Assembly: GCA_963803975.1 (NCBI GenBank)
Contig: CAWDOY010000031.1
Coordinates: forward strand, 8,745 to 72,744
Reading direction: 5' to 3'
DNA: 64,000 nt
DNA from: an uncultured delta proteobacterium
GTDB lineage: Bacteria; Desulfobacterota; WTBG01; CAIYCZ01
Part shown: positions 43,641-54,347 of the stretch, piece by piece
Layout: each line of letters begins with the position of its first letter
Numbering within the stretch: position 1 is the first letter of the stretch
Notes under the pieces: generated by a model
The model's database searches: none
Seen by the model: only the letters and a program-made list of their open reading frames with translations
What the model was told of the DNA's origin: nothing
Made by a program: the position numbers and the translations under genes

Positions 43641-45182
43641 ATGCCTGCAAAAATTCCTGCCAAGGTAGATTATATTAAACCCCTTGAGGATAAGCCCTTT
43701 CGGGAGGTGGTGCGGGAAAAGAAAGAGTATCTTGAGGAGCTGAAGAAAAAGCTGGAAGCGATTGTCGGCGCTGAGAAGGTTTCAGATGAGGCTGAGCTTC
43801 TTAAAAAATATTCCCGGGACAAAAGCCTTGCCACCCCCGGCAAGCCTGCCTTTGTTGTTTTCCCGCACACCGCGGATGAAGTCTGCAGGCTGGTGCGGCT
43901 GGCAAACGAAGAGCTGCTGCCCCTTATCCCGGCAAGCTCCGGCACCCATAATTACGGATGCACGATTCCCCGCATGGGCGGCGTCGTTATAGATCTTTCC
44001 GGGTGGAAAAAAATATTGAAGATTGACCACCGCAATCGCGCTGCGCGCATTGAGCCCGGTGTCACCTATAATGAGCTTTCCGAGGCGCTGAACAAAGAGG
44101 GCCTGCGGCCGCTCATGCCGCTTTTGCCGCGAAAAGACCAGTCGGTGCTGACAGCTCATCTGGAGGCGCACCCCATGATGATCCCCGAGTTTAATTACAG
44201 CGAGCCGCTCTACACGGCGGAAATCGTCATGCCCAATGGTGAGATATTCCGGACCGGCTCCGCGGCAAGCGGTACGCCGGAAACCATCCACACGGACATG
44301 GTCGGCCCCTGGGGCCCGGGTTTTGACTGGAACCGGCTCTATACCCGCAGCCAGGGAACGCTGGGCATTGTTACTTGGGGAAACATAATGGCCGAGCCCC
44401 TGCCGTCAAAGCAGAAGCTCTATTTTACTCCCGGCCGCACAATAACAGACCTCACCAGCTTTACCTATACGGTTCAGCGCAAGTGGCTCGGCTATGAATG
44501 CTTTATCCTGAACCGGGTTAACCTTGCGCTCATGCTCGCCGAGACCATGCCGGAGGATTTTGCCGTGCTTAAAGATAAACTGCCTGAGTACGTGCAGATC
44601 TTCTGCATTGCCGGGCTGAAGCGTCTCCCGGAAGAGCGGATAGCCTACCAGGAAGCGGATTTCTTTGCCGCTGCCCAGGAGGTTGGGGTCCAGCCGCAGC
44701 CCGCGCTGACTGACGTGCCGCAGGCTGCTGCCTTCTTTTCCCGCAACCTGTCCCGCTGCTGGGACCGCGAGGTGTATTGGAAAGACGCGTACAAGGGTGC
44801 CAGCGCTGATATATTCTTTATCACCACCATGGACCGGGCAGCACAATGCATAGCGGAGATGCAGCAGGCAGCCTTCACCCATGATTATCCTGCCACCGAG
44901 ATTGGCGTGTATCTGCAGCCCATTGAGAACGGCAGGGCCGCGCACCTTGAATTTAATTTCTTCTATAATCCGGAAGATCCGCAGGAATGCATCCGCATTA
45001 AAAAGCTCCACGCTGCAGCGAGCGAGCGGATGCACGCACTGGGCGCGGTTTTTACCCGGGCCTACGGCAGCTGGGCTGAAATGGTTACTACGCGCAACGC
45101 CGTACAGTTCCAGGCGGCAAAAATGATCAAGGAGACCCTTGATCCCAAGAACATCATGAACCCGGGCAAGCTGGGGCTTTAG
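43641..45182 (+). CDS. FAD-linked oxidoreductase (VAO/GlcD-type fold)
   Basis: VVFPHTADEV, IEPGVTY, GEIFRTGSA, GPGFDW..SQGTLGIVT and LDPKNIMNPGKL. Confidence 0.9.
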   Translation: MPAKIPAKVDYIKPLEDKPFREVVREKKEYLEELKKKLEAIVGAEKVSDEAELLKKYSRDKSLATPGKPAFVVFPHTADEVCRLVRLANEELLPLIPASSGTHNYGCTIPRMGGVVIDLSGWKKILKIDHRNRAARIEPGVTYNELSEALNKEGLRPLMPLLPRKDQSVLTAHLEAHPMMIPEFNYSEPLYTAEIVMPNGEIFRTGSAASGTPETIHTDMVGPWGPGFDWNRLYTRSQGTLGIVTWGNIMAEPLPSKQKLYFTPGRTITDLTSFTYTVQRKWLGYECFILNRVNLALMLAETMPEDFAVLKDKLPEYVQIFCIAGLKRLPEERIAYQEADFFAAAQEVGVQPQPALTDVPQAAAFFSRNLSRCWDREVYWKDAYKGASADIFFITTMDRAAQCIAEMQQAAFTHDYPATEIGVYLQPIENGRAAHLEFNFFYNPEDPQECIRIKKLHAAASERMHALGAVFTRAYGSWAEMVTTRNAVQFQAAKMIKETLDPKNIMNPGKLGL

Positions 45183-45226
45183 AATTCTGATTGCTCATAA
45201 AATCAATGATCAGCAAAGGGAGGTAG

Positions 45227-46094
45227 ATGATGCCGTTTATAATCAATCAGAGCCAGTGCGTCGGGTGCGGCTCCTGTATCGGCAACTGTCCCAACCGGGC
45301 GATTATACGCAAAGGTGCAGAAGTAATTATCACGGGCATGTGCAGTGACTGCGGGATTTGTATACGACACTGCGGGCTGGATGCAATCAATACCGGGAAG
45401 TCAAGAGCAGTGTTTGATAACAGGAAGCAGGACCGGGCATTAAAAGAGAAGCTATTGTTAACGCGTAACATTGTCGCCATGAAATTTGCCGACAAAGCAC
45501 CTGCAGGGGTACCCGAAGAAGACGGGCTCAATTTCTGGTGTCATATCTGCGGAGATATTTTTGAGGGACATGAAGCCCCAATTTTTTTCGGCGCTAAGAA
45601 CAGTGTCTGCGGCGGTTCCTCGGCACTTGGCCTCGGGACCCGAAGCGTTAACAGGGACGATGTCCTTGCCATGATCGAGGTCGTTACCGGTGACGGGGGA
45701 TATTTTACTACCAATGACCTGTTTACGAAGCCGAGAACGCTTTTCCCTAAATTCCCCAAAGTCTACGGAGGGATGGTCATTGCTTCACTGTGCGCGGATG
45801 AAAATGCCGGATATCATCCTCATACCGGTAAACGGAAAACAGATGTGCATGCTTGCTACGGCGTATGCGTTTGAAACCGGCGAGATAATAACGGGCAACG
45901 CCGGAGGCGGCACCTGCCTGGCAACGGTTACGATTCCTTTTCTGGAGAACCGGCCGGTTTTCTCCTGCGGCGATCACGGCGGACGAATGCATATGCGGCT
46001 GAAGGATGAGGAGAGCCTGGCATGCTTTCCGTACCGTCTGGTGCCCGGAACGGTAGCAAATCTGGACAGAACGGTTTTTACCCAGGGTGGTTAG
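45227..46094 (+). CDS. 2x[4Fe-4S] ferredoxin + DUF169-like fusion, frameshift near 45795
   Basis: CVGCGSCIGNCP, CSDCGICIRHC, WCHICGDIFEG and GDHGGR. Paralog of 21886..22755. Confidence 0.8.
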
Positions 46095-46197
46095 CGGGGG
46101 TATGCTGCGGACCCGTGTAAAAGAACGGCACTGAATAGAAGTCTGCAGATGTATCATGCAGGGCTTTTATAATAAGGGTATAAAAAGGGACACACTC

Positions 46198-46956
46198 ATG
46201 ACTCAAAAAAATAATTTTACTTTCCCGCGCATTGAAAATGTAGAGCTCATAAAACAATGTTATGCAGATATAAATGGAGCCCAGTCATTCCTTCCGGTAA
46301 AAAACTGGCAGACAGATATCTGGACTGCCGAGGTACAGTGTTCCACAGGCACGGTCTTAAAAAAAGCGGGTCTGGCTGTGGTTGAGATGACCGGCGGTAG
46401 GGTGGAAGGCGCTTCTGCCGATATGACCCTGCTGCAAACCCTGGCCTGGCCTGTCAACCCCTGTATCCCGGGATTAATCATCATGGCCAGCACCGGTAAG
46501 ATCGAGGACCAGAATGTCATGGTAACAGTTTACCTTGATCTTATTATACAGAGCGGAGCACTCAATCAAAACGACAAGGATATGCTGACATCTGCTCTTA
46601 AGACGGTCTGCGACCGGCATGGACAGAGCCTGGATGAATATCAGTCTTTTCTCGCCGGCCGCGGTATGCTGGGCGGATGTGCTGCTGAGTGCGGCGTACT
46701 CTATTTTTTTGAGGAAAGCGATGCGGCACTTCTTGAAGACATGATCCGTGAAACACTGAATGCATATGGAAAAATCATCGAGCGGGGGAAAGATATACTC
46801 CCCGCAGCAGATGATTTTACAACAATGAAGGACAGCCATAATAAAATTATTGAATGGATGTTGTCTGAAGACTACGGCGTTAAAGTCGCGCGACAGAATA
46901 ATATCCCGCTGGAAGTCATGGAATCATACGGGTTTCCGCCGTCTAAAAACTCCTGA
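46198..46956 (+). CDS. HemF (coproporphyrinogen III oxidase)-fold protein, divergent
   Basis: GTVLKKAGL, AWPVNPCIPG and IIEWMLSEDYGVK...GFPP align by eye with HemF G.VFEKAGV, IHP.NP..P and YVEFNL.YDRGT...S.PP. Confidence 0.55.
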   Translation: MTQKNNFTFPRIENVELIKQCYADINGAQSFLPVKNWQTDIWTAEVQCSTGTVLKKAGLAVVEMTGGRVEGASADMTLLQTLAWPVNPCIPGLIIMASTGKIEDQNVMVTVYLDLIIQSGALNQNDKDMLTSALKTVCDRHGQSLDEYQSFLAGRGMLGGCAAECGVLYFFEESDAALLEDMIRETLNAYGKIIERGKDILPAADDFTTMKDSHNKIIEWMLSEDYGVKVARQNNIPLEVMESYGFPPSKNS

Positions 46957-47132
46957 ACATAGAAGGTCCTTCGAGGCAATGATGCATAACAATACAGGAG
47001 AATCAGCTGATAACAAAAGTGAACCCCGAGCGGATTGTCGTTACCAACGGTGCGTTTGTGAAGCAGGGTCTGCACCGGAAACAGATATGGGAAGCTCGGG
47101 CGAACGAGGCACAATAAATAAAGGAGAAAATA

Positions 47133-48395
47133 ATGAGTCTTGAAAAATACCGCTGGGATCTGGTGAACTGTGAGCGCTGCTCCATGTGCAAGTGGGTTCA
47201 TCCGTGGAGCGTCAAGAGCCATGACCGGGCGCGCATCTGCCCGTCAATGCAGGAATATCTCTATGATGCCTATTCTGCCCAGGGCCGCTTTGACGTGGCG
47301 CGGGCGCTTCTGGAAGGAGAGATAGAGCTCACGGACAAGGTGCTGGAAGTGATCTACGCCTGTACCCTGTGCGGCGGCTGCGATGTGACCTGCAAGTTCA
47401 CCCGGGACATGGAGCCGCTTGAAGTGCTGCACGATCTGCGCAAATACGCGGTGGAGCAGGGCAAGGGGCCGCTGCCCGGCCACATGCCGGCGGTGGACAG
47501 CATCCGCAAGAACAGCAACCCCTGGCTCCAGCCCAAAACGCGGCGGGCGCACTGGGCGCGGAACCTGAAAGTGAAGGACCTGAATAAAGAGAAAGCAGAG
47601 GTGCTCTATTTCGCCGGGTGCACTTACTCTTACAATGCCAACCTGCAGAATGTGGCGCGGGCAACACTGCGCATTCTGCAGAGCGCGGGCGTTGATGTCG
47701 GCATCCTGGGCAACAACGAGGCCTGCTGCGCGAGCCCGGTATTAAAGGTGGGCATGGATGAAATGTTTTTCGAGCACGCGCGCAAAAATGTCAAACTGTT
47801 CAACGGCCTGGGAGTAAAAAAGGTCATCACGTCCTGTGCCGGCTGCTACGGAATCTTTCAGGGGCACTATCCGGGAGTGGAGACCATGAATTATGAAGTG
47901 GTGCACAGCGTGAATCTTCTGGACCAGCTTATCCGCGAGGGAAAAGTGAAGTTTAAAAACAAGGTGCCCATGAAGGTCACCTGGCATGACCCCTGCCATC
48001 TGGGACGGGGCGGGGAAAAAGAGGACCTCTGGGAAGGCGAGCGCCTTAAGTGGGGGCTCAGTGATCCGCCGCGGCAGAGAAACTTCGGCTCGAACGGCGT
48101 GTTTGACGCGCCGCGAAATATTCTCCAGGCCATACCGGGTATCGAGTTTACGGAGATGGAGCGGATACGGGAATTTTCCTGGTGCTGCGGCGCCGGCGGC
48201 GGCGTGAAATCAGCGTTCCCCGAGTTTGCCCTGCACAGCGCCCAGGAGCGCATTGCCGAGGCAACAGATACCGGAGCTGAAGCAGTGGTCACCTCGTGCC
48301 CCTGGTGCGAGTTAAATCTTGCCGATGGAGCCGCAGCGTCTGGCAGCGCGCTTAAAATCGTGAGCCTGGTTGAGCTGATAGAGAAAGCGTTATAA
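47133..48395 (+). CDS. HdrD/GlpC-like Fe-S oxidoreductase with CCG domains
   Basis: CERCSMC, CTLCGGCDVTC, YFAGC, EACCAS, HDPCHLGR, CCGAGGG and SCPWC. Confidence 0.92.
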   Translation: MSLEKYRWDLVNCERCSMCKWVHPWSVKSHDRARICPSMQEYLYDAYSAQGRFDVARALLEGEIELTDKVLEVIYACTLCGGCDVTCKFTRDMEPLEVLHDLRKYAVEQGKGPLPGHMPAVDSIRKNSNPWLQPKTRRAHWARNLKVKDLNKEKAEVLYFAGCTYSYNANLQNVARATLRILQSAGVDVGILGNNEACCASPVLKVGMDEMFFEHARKNVKLFNGLGVKKVITSCAGCYGIFQGHYPGVETMNYEVVHSVNLLDQLIREGKVKFKNKVPMKVTWHDPCHLGRGGEKEDLWEGERLKWGLSDPPRQRNFGSNGVFDAPRNILQAIPGIEFTEMERIREFSWCCGAGGGVKSAFPEFALHSAQERIAEATDTGAEAVVTSCPWCELNLADGAAASGSALKIVSLVELIEKAL

Positions 48396-48430
48396 AAAAC
48401 TGATCTGCTGCAGGAAGGAGGAGAAGTTCC

Positions 48431-49240
48431 ATGAAAAGAGCGCTGCTCATTGTGCTGGCAGGATTTGCCTATTTCTTCGTGTCAGTGATGCTTTTCATTC
48501 CGTTGCGGATGAAGCCTATCCCCAACTACAACCTGTTCTTTTTCTCCCTCATGAGTGCAGTGTTTCTCTTTCTTTTCTATAAAGCCTGCACGGTCAGCAG
48601 GGAAAGTACCGGCTATTTGTACGCACTGTTTGCCGGCAATGCACTATGGCAGGTAATTGGAGAGCTTGCCTCGTTGCGGGTCACAGAAGGACTGATACTG
48701 CAGTTCAGCGATGTTAATATCAAGCTGGTGGGCGGATACCTGTATGTTCTTGCGGGCTGGATTCTGCTCTTCATCATGTGGAAGACACAGGTGCTGCGGA
48801 GGAGGATCTGTTTTTGTTTTGTGATATTCCTGGGCATATGGTCCCTGGAGCTGTATCTGGACAACTACTCTTCTTCCGTGCCGGTTGAATTGATGCCCCG
48901 GGTCGCCAACATCATCGGGATAGTCTTTATTGCGGTGGCCCTTGTCTTAGTCTATCTGGCTAAAAAAGCGGCAAGCGTCGAGAAGCAGACGGTCCTGGGA
49001 GGCCTGTTGTATTTATCCGTCTCCATAGTGCTGATGGCATTTACCCAGTGGCAGAAGCCGCAAACTTTCTATCTGCTGCATGAGAAACCGGTGATAGAGC
49101 ACGAGATAAAGGCGCTGCAGGAGGAGCTGTCATATCTCAACCAACTGCGGGAGAAGCTCGGCATACGTGACAATATTTCCCTGTCCGAGCAGCTGAGCGT
49201 GAGGGAACTGAAGGAAAAGTCACCTGAGCGAAAGGAGTAG
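48431..49240 (+). CDS. integral membrane protein (about 7 TM) with C-terminal coiled coil
   Basis: Hydrophobic segments throughout, GGAGG RBS, tight operon spacing. Confidence 0.75.
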   Translation: MKRALLIVLAGFAYFFVSVMLFIPLRMKPIPNYNLFFFSLMSAVFLFLFYKACTVSRESTGYLYALFAGNALWQVIGELASLRVTEGLILQFSDVNIKLVGGYLYVLAGWILLFIMWKTQVLRRRICFCFVIFLGIWSLELYLDNYSSSVPVELMPRVANIIGIVFIAVALVLVYLAKKAASVEKQTVLGGLLYLSVSIVLMAFTQWQKPQTFYLLHEKPVIEHEIKALQEELSYLNQLREKLGIRDNISLSEQLSVRELKEKSPERKE

Positions 49241-49251
49241 TAGAAAAGCTG

Positions 49252-50523
49252 ATGCGTTATGATATTGCAGTGGTCGGTGCCGGTCCTGCAGGTCTGATGG
49301 CCGCAAAAACAGCAGCTGAACATGGGCTCAGGACAGTTCTTATTGAAAAAAGGAAAGACGTTTCTAAAATAACCCGTGCCTGCTGCCAGCAGTTTATAAT
49401 GGATGAGAACTTCCAGGGAGAAACCATACGTATTGCTAAGGGAAAAGTAATTTTTACAGAAAATGGGTTTGACGTTGATTACCATGGCCCGCTTCTCAAG
49501 GTAACGGATAAATATTTTGTCTCGCCCGGTGGACATGCGATTCACTTTACCAATAATGACAACAGCCCGATTGTAGTTAAATTTGATAAGGGCCTTCTGT
49601 TGCAGGGAATATGGGACCAGTGCGACAGGCTGGGTGTGACATTACGCACTGCCGCACTTGTCTGCAATGCTGAAGATAGAAGCACCGGCGTTGAGATGAC
49701 CATAAACGCTGGCGGAGTTTCCGAAAAACTGCACGCAAAGAAGCTCATAGTTGCAGACGGCGTCAATTCAAAAACAGCAGAAAAACTCGGGTTCAATCAG
49801 GGCAGGATCTGTTTTGCAACCGCTCTGTGCACGCTCTCGGTAATTGAAGGACTTCAGGATTTTGAGCCGTGCACACTGAAAAGCTATATGGGCCGCGCCT
49901 ATCAATCATTTGCACCCTTGATCATGGGCCCGTCTCTTGACGGAAGCGATCTCAGGTATCTGGTTATTATAGGCAATAAAGCCAGGAAACCAGAGTTGAT
50001 TTATCATGATGTCGTCACACAGAGCCCCCTGGCATCGATGTTTGCCAGCGCACGGGTTGTAAATAAAATGGCATGTATGGCAACAGCATGCAGTTCCATG
50101 AAGATTCCGTACCGGGGCAATACTCTTGTGATTGGAGATGCTGCTGCCTACGTAGAGGTTGAAACGCAGGGAGCGCTCACCTGCGGCTTTCGGGCCGGCA
50201 CTGCTGTGCATAGGGAACTCTCCGGTAAAGGCGGTTTTGTGGAATACACCAGATGGTGGCAGGATTCTTTTGAATTTAACAGCGATGATTATCTGCAGGT
50301 GGCCCAGGGCTTTGCCCTGGTTCCAACGTATACCGATGATGAACTCGATTATCTTTTTTCATTGATCGAAAATGAGACCCTGGCAGGGACTTTTAACCAG
50401 TACAAATCACCCCGGCTTATGTGGGGAGCGTTTCTCAGCCACAAGAAAAGAATTGCCCGTGAACGGCCCGAACTCCACAAAAAAATACTTACCCGGAAAT
50501 TGTCTCTGAGCGATGTTCTGTAA
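49252..50523 (+). CDS. geranylgeranyl reductase/FixC-like FAD-dependent oxidoreductase
   Basis: VVGAGPAG, LIEK, IVADGVNS and LVIGDAA..E.QGAL.CG. Confidence 0.85.
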   Translation: MRYDIAVVGAGPAGLMAAKTAAEHGLRTVLIEKRKDVSKITRACCQQFIMDENFQGETIRIAKGKVIFTENGFDVDYHGPLLKVTDKYFVSPGGHAIHFTNNDNSPIVVKFDKGLLLQGIWDQCDRLGVTLRTAALVCNAEDRSTGVEMTINAGGVSEKLHAKKLIVADGVNSKTAEKLGFNQGRICFATALCTLSVIEGLQDFEPCTLKSYMGRAYQSFAPLIMGPSLDGSDLRYLVIIGNKARKPELIYHDVVTQSPLASMFASARVVNKMACMATACSSMKIPYRGNTLVIGDAAAYVEVETQGALTCGFRAGTAVHRELSGKGGFVEYTRWWQDSFEFNSDDYLQVAQGFALVPTYTDDELDYLFSLIENETLAGTFNQYKSPRLMWGAFLSHKKRIARERPELHKKILTRKLSLSDVL

Positions 50524-50668
50524 TCTGTCAGCGGAGGAGTATGCTGGGGCCATCTCAACATAACACGGATCGGCAACCAGGCAGTTGACTTCCCCGAAGG
50601 TGTTTAGTGTAACAAAAAATTAACCAGAACCGCAGCACTATATTTTATTCAAAAAAAGGAGCACCACC

Positions 50669-51455
50669 ATGAACAAACAGAAAATTTTAATCACCTTGAT
50701 TGCAGTCTGGCCTTGTAGCCCTGGGAGGATACGGGGTGCAGCCTGCAACAGGAAAAGAGAAAAAGCAGGCTCCGGCCGCAGAGCAGAAAAAAGCGGCATC
50801 CATTGATGCCGCGGCAAAGCTGAGTGAAAACCACCCTGACTTTGAAGAGGGAACGAGCTGCAACGACTGCCATGAAGTGAAGCTTGATGCAAAGACAACC
50901 GCCACGCAGGCCTGGCTGTATGGCGACTACCTCTCATGGAAAAAGGGCGAGGGCATTATGCCGAAGGATAAGCTCTGGGAGCACATAGTAAAAGTTATCG
51001 GCGGCTCGAAAGCAAAGAGGACCTACATCCTCGCCACCGTCCTCAATAACCGGCCCTATGCGATTACTATTGAATACGCCCTTGATCCGGTAAAAAAGGT
51101 CATGTACGCATTTTCTGAGAAGGGGACCTCAAAACTCAATCAGATAAAAGCAAATCCCTATGTGGCTCTGGGGTGGCATGAGGAATTCAAGAATGATTTC
51201 ACCAAGCTGCTCTGCGTATCTCTTAACGGCCGGGCCGAGCTTTTCGATGGAGCATCCAAAGAGTTTGAAGAAGGCCTGAGCGTGTACCCCTATGAATACG
51301 GCGCCAACATGAGAAAAATCCCCCTGGACAAATTCAAGGCGATTATGAAACAGGCTATGATTATGAGCAGAATTACCCTGGATGAAGTCACCGTTACCGA
51401 TACTTCTTTAAAGGACGAGGGATTCAGAACCAGACAACGCTGGATGCGAAAGTAG
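50669..51455 (+). CDS. exported c-type cytochrome (single CxxCH) fused to a PNPOx-like split-barrel domain, frameshift in the signal region
   Basis: ATG 50669 after GGAG with a hydrophobic start, then CNDCH, ILATVLNNRP and SEKGTSKLNQIKANPYVAL...GRAEL. Confidence 0.75.
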
Positions 51456-51473
51456 CATAGAAGGGGAAAAGCC

Positions 51474-52677
51474 ATGCTGAACAAGGTCGTTATTGCCAGC
51501 GCCTGCCGGACACCGATAGGCGATTTACTGGGAGCCCTGAAAGATGTTCACCCCCGGAACTGGGCCGTATCGTCGGAGCGGAAGCTCTGAAACGGGCTGG
51601 CCTTGCTCCCGGACAGGTAGATGAACTGGTGTGCGGAAATGTAATTCAGGCAGGGGTTGGCGGAAATATCTCGCGCCAGATTCAGGCAGAGCTGGGCATT
51701 CCCTGGCAGGCACCGGCCTGCACCGTGAACCAGCTCTGCGCCTCGTCAATGCGCGCTTTTGAAATCGCCAGCCACAACATCATGGTCGGCGCGAGCAGTG
51801 TTTCACTGGTGGTGGGAACCGAGAGCATGAGCGGCGCGCCGTATCTGCTGCTGAAAGGAAGAAGCGGCTACCGGATGGGTTCCGGTGTCATCGAAGACGC
51901 CATGCTGCTTGACGCACTCGTTTGTTCCATAGAGCATTACCATATGGGAGCGACTGCGGAAAACGTGGCTGCCGCGTTCGGCATCACCCGGGAAGAGCAG
52001 GACCGGCTGGGAGTTTTGAGTCAGGAGCGGGCCATTGCCGCCATAAAGAGCGGTAAATTCCGTGATGAGATAGTGCCCGTTGAAATTAAAGAAAAAAAGG
52101 GTGTCAGGCTGTTTGATACTGATGAGCATCCGCGCGAAGGTACTACCATGGAGGCGCTGGCAAAGCTGAAGACAGTTTTTAAAGAAAACGGCACGGTAAC
52201 AGCAGGTAATGCCTCAGGCGTTAATGACGGTGCTGCTGCCGCGGTGCTCATGTCGGAAGAGAAAGCAAAAGAGCTCGGCATCAAACCGCTTGCCCGTGTG
52301 GTAACAACGGTGAGCGCAGGGGTTGACCCCGCCGTGATGGGGCTCGGGCCCTCTGTTGCGATCCCCCTGGCACTAAAGAGAGCGCAGCTTACATTTTCTG
52401 ATATTAATTACTGGGAAGTTAACGAAGCGTTTGCCGCTCAGTTCTAGGGGTTGAGCGTAAATTAAAGCTTGACTATAGCGTTGAATTTAATATGGATATA
52501 ATGAACCGTAACGGTTCCGGCATATCGCTGGGACATCCGGTCGGCTGTTCAGGCTTGCGGGTGATAGTAACCCTGCTGCACGAGATGCAGAAGATGAATG
52601 CCCGGCTCGGGTGCGCGTCTCTGTGTGCCGGTGGCGGGCCGGCGATGGCAGCGATTATTGAGCGGGATGGGGGGTAA
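51474..52677 (+). CDS. acetyl-CoA C-acyltransferase (thiolase), frameshifts near 51565 and 52450
   Basis: [41 protein letters not shown] and CAGGG. Confidence 0.93.
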
Positions 52678-52713
52678 ACAAGGAAACTGCAGAGAATCCG
52701 GGAAGGGAAAGCG

Positions 52714-54161
52714 ATGAAGGTTTTGAAATGGATAGTTATACTGCTGATCATTGTTGTCGGCGCGGGCTACGGGATATATCAATATAAAAATCAGCGGCTC
52801 AAGCCCGACTATTTTGAAGTCTATAAAAAACAGGACACCACCCCGGTCGGCAAAGTGGGCGTGTTTATTACGACGCTTATCATGCCCGAGGAACTGAGCT
52901 ACCCCTTCTTTTACAACGTCACATTTAAAATCTTCAACACCATCGTGCCCTGGCCCTTCAGGAATTTTGTGCAGAAGGATTCAGGCGTCGCGCTGCTCGA
53001 TCCGGTAAAGTATCACGAACATAATGAATTTCAGCCGACGAAACTTGTCGATCCCTTCGGCAATGACCGGGATCTTGACGGCACGCCCTACGTGGAAAAG
53101 ATATAAGCAGGGCAGATGAAATGGATGCCGCCATCGAAGATGATTTATCTTGATCACGGGTACTTTCTCTATGCGGGGCGGCAGGGTGGTATGCCATCCA
53201 TTGCCGGCAAGGTTATGAACAAGGCGCACATCTGGTACTATGGCAAGGGGCTGGGAAGCACGAAACTGCCCCACTGGCAGCAGACGTTCGCCGTTATAGA
53301 CGGCGCCATGGACCGAATAAAGCAGAAATATCCCGACGTGCAGTGGCGGGCGGAAACCAGCATGCTGTATGCTGACATGAGACACAAGCTGCATGAGTTG
53401 CTTGACGCGGGCTGCGATACCATTGTGCTGTCATCACCGCTTGCCATGTATTCACATTTTGAGGACTTCAACTCCGGGTTCCGGCATTCAATTGAGTACA
53501 TCGAAGAGTGGGAGCACGAGCACCCGGGTAAAAAGATCAAGGTAATCATGGCGCCGCCCATGGGGAACTATAAGCCCATGCGGGATTCCTATCTGCAGAT
53601 GCTGAAAGACCGGCTGGACAGCCTGCCGAAAAACGCCTCGGTGATGGTGGCGGTGACCGTGACATGGCATGCCGTGGGAAAAGTTCAAATGGGAGGCATG
53701 GCTTGAGCTTGCCCCGGCATACCGGGACAAACTTTTTGAAGAGGTCAAGCAGATGGTTGCATCGCTACAAGTTTCCGAAGACCAATGTGGTGCAGTGCCA
53801 GGATGAGTTTGCAGACCCCATCTGGGACCCACAGCAGAAATACCTCTCCACCAACCGCGCCTACTGGGCCGCCATAAAAGAAGGCTATGACTACGCCATT
53901 GGCCTTCCCATAGAATTTTATGCCGAAAATTCCGACACCATGTTTCACCACGCGCTGAAAAACTACAAGGATTTTGACCAGTATGATGTGTATAAGCAGA
54001 TAAATTACACGGACTGGTCGCAACCCTATGTCAGAGAAATGGTGCAGGGCAAAACTCATGTCATATATAACGGGGTGCCGGTCGGCAAGTACCAGCCCTA
54101 CGTTATTGATGCTCTTTACCAGTCTCTGGATAGCATTCTATCCAAGCGTGCAGGGAAATAA
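52714..54161 (+). CDS. membrane-anchored ferrochelatase (class II chelatase)-like protein, three indels near 53100, 53662 and 53760
   Basis: N-terminal TM, then KVGVFITTLIMP, LLDAGCDTIVLSSPLAMYS, VAVTV-HGMP and LPIEFYAENSDT in the order of HemH motifs. Confidence 0.6.
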
Positions 54162-54258
54162 AACCACCCTGATCTGATAACGGTTTTACCTTTTTTATCC
54201 CCATTCTTACCAGGCGGATGATTTCTTTTTTATCTGAAGATAAAAACATAGTACATTG

Positions 54259-54280
54259 AAATTGAATCCATATTCAATTT
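54259..54280. promoter_or_regulatory. putative TetR operator
   Basis: AAATTGAAT-CCAT-ATTCAATTT perfect inverted repeat upstream of the TetR gene. Confidence 0.6.
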
Positions 54281-54347
54281 ACCTCCTTATTGGTTAAAAC
54301 TATATAATATTACTTTATATAATTTAAATAACCCACCTTTACGTCTT

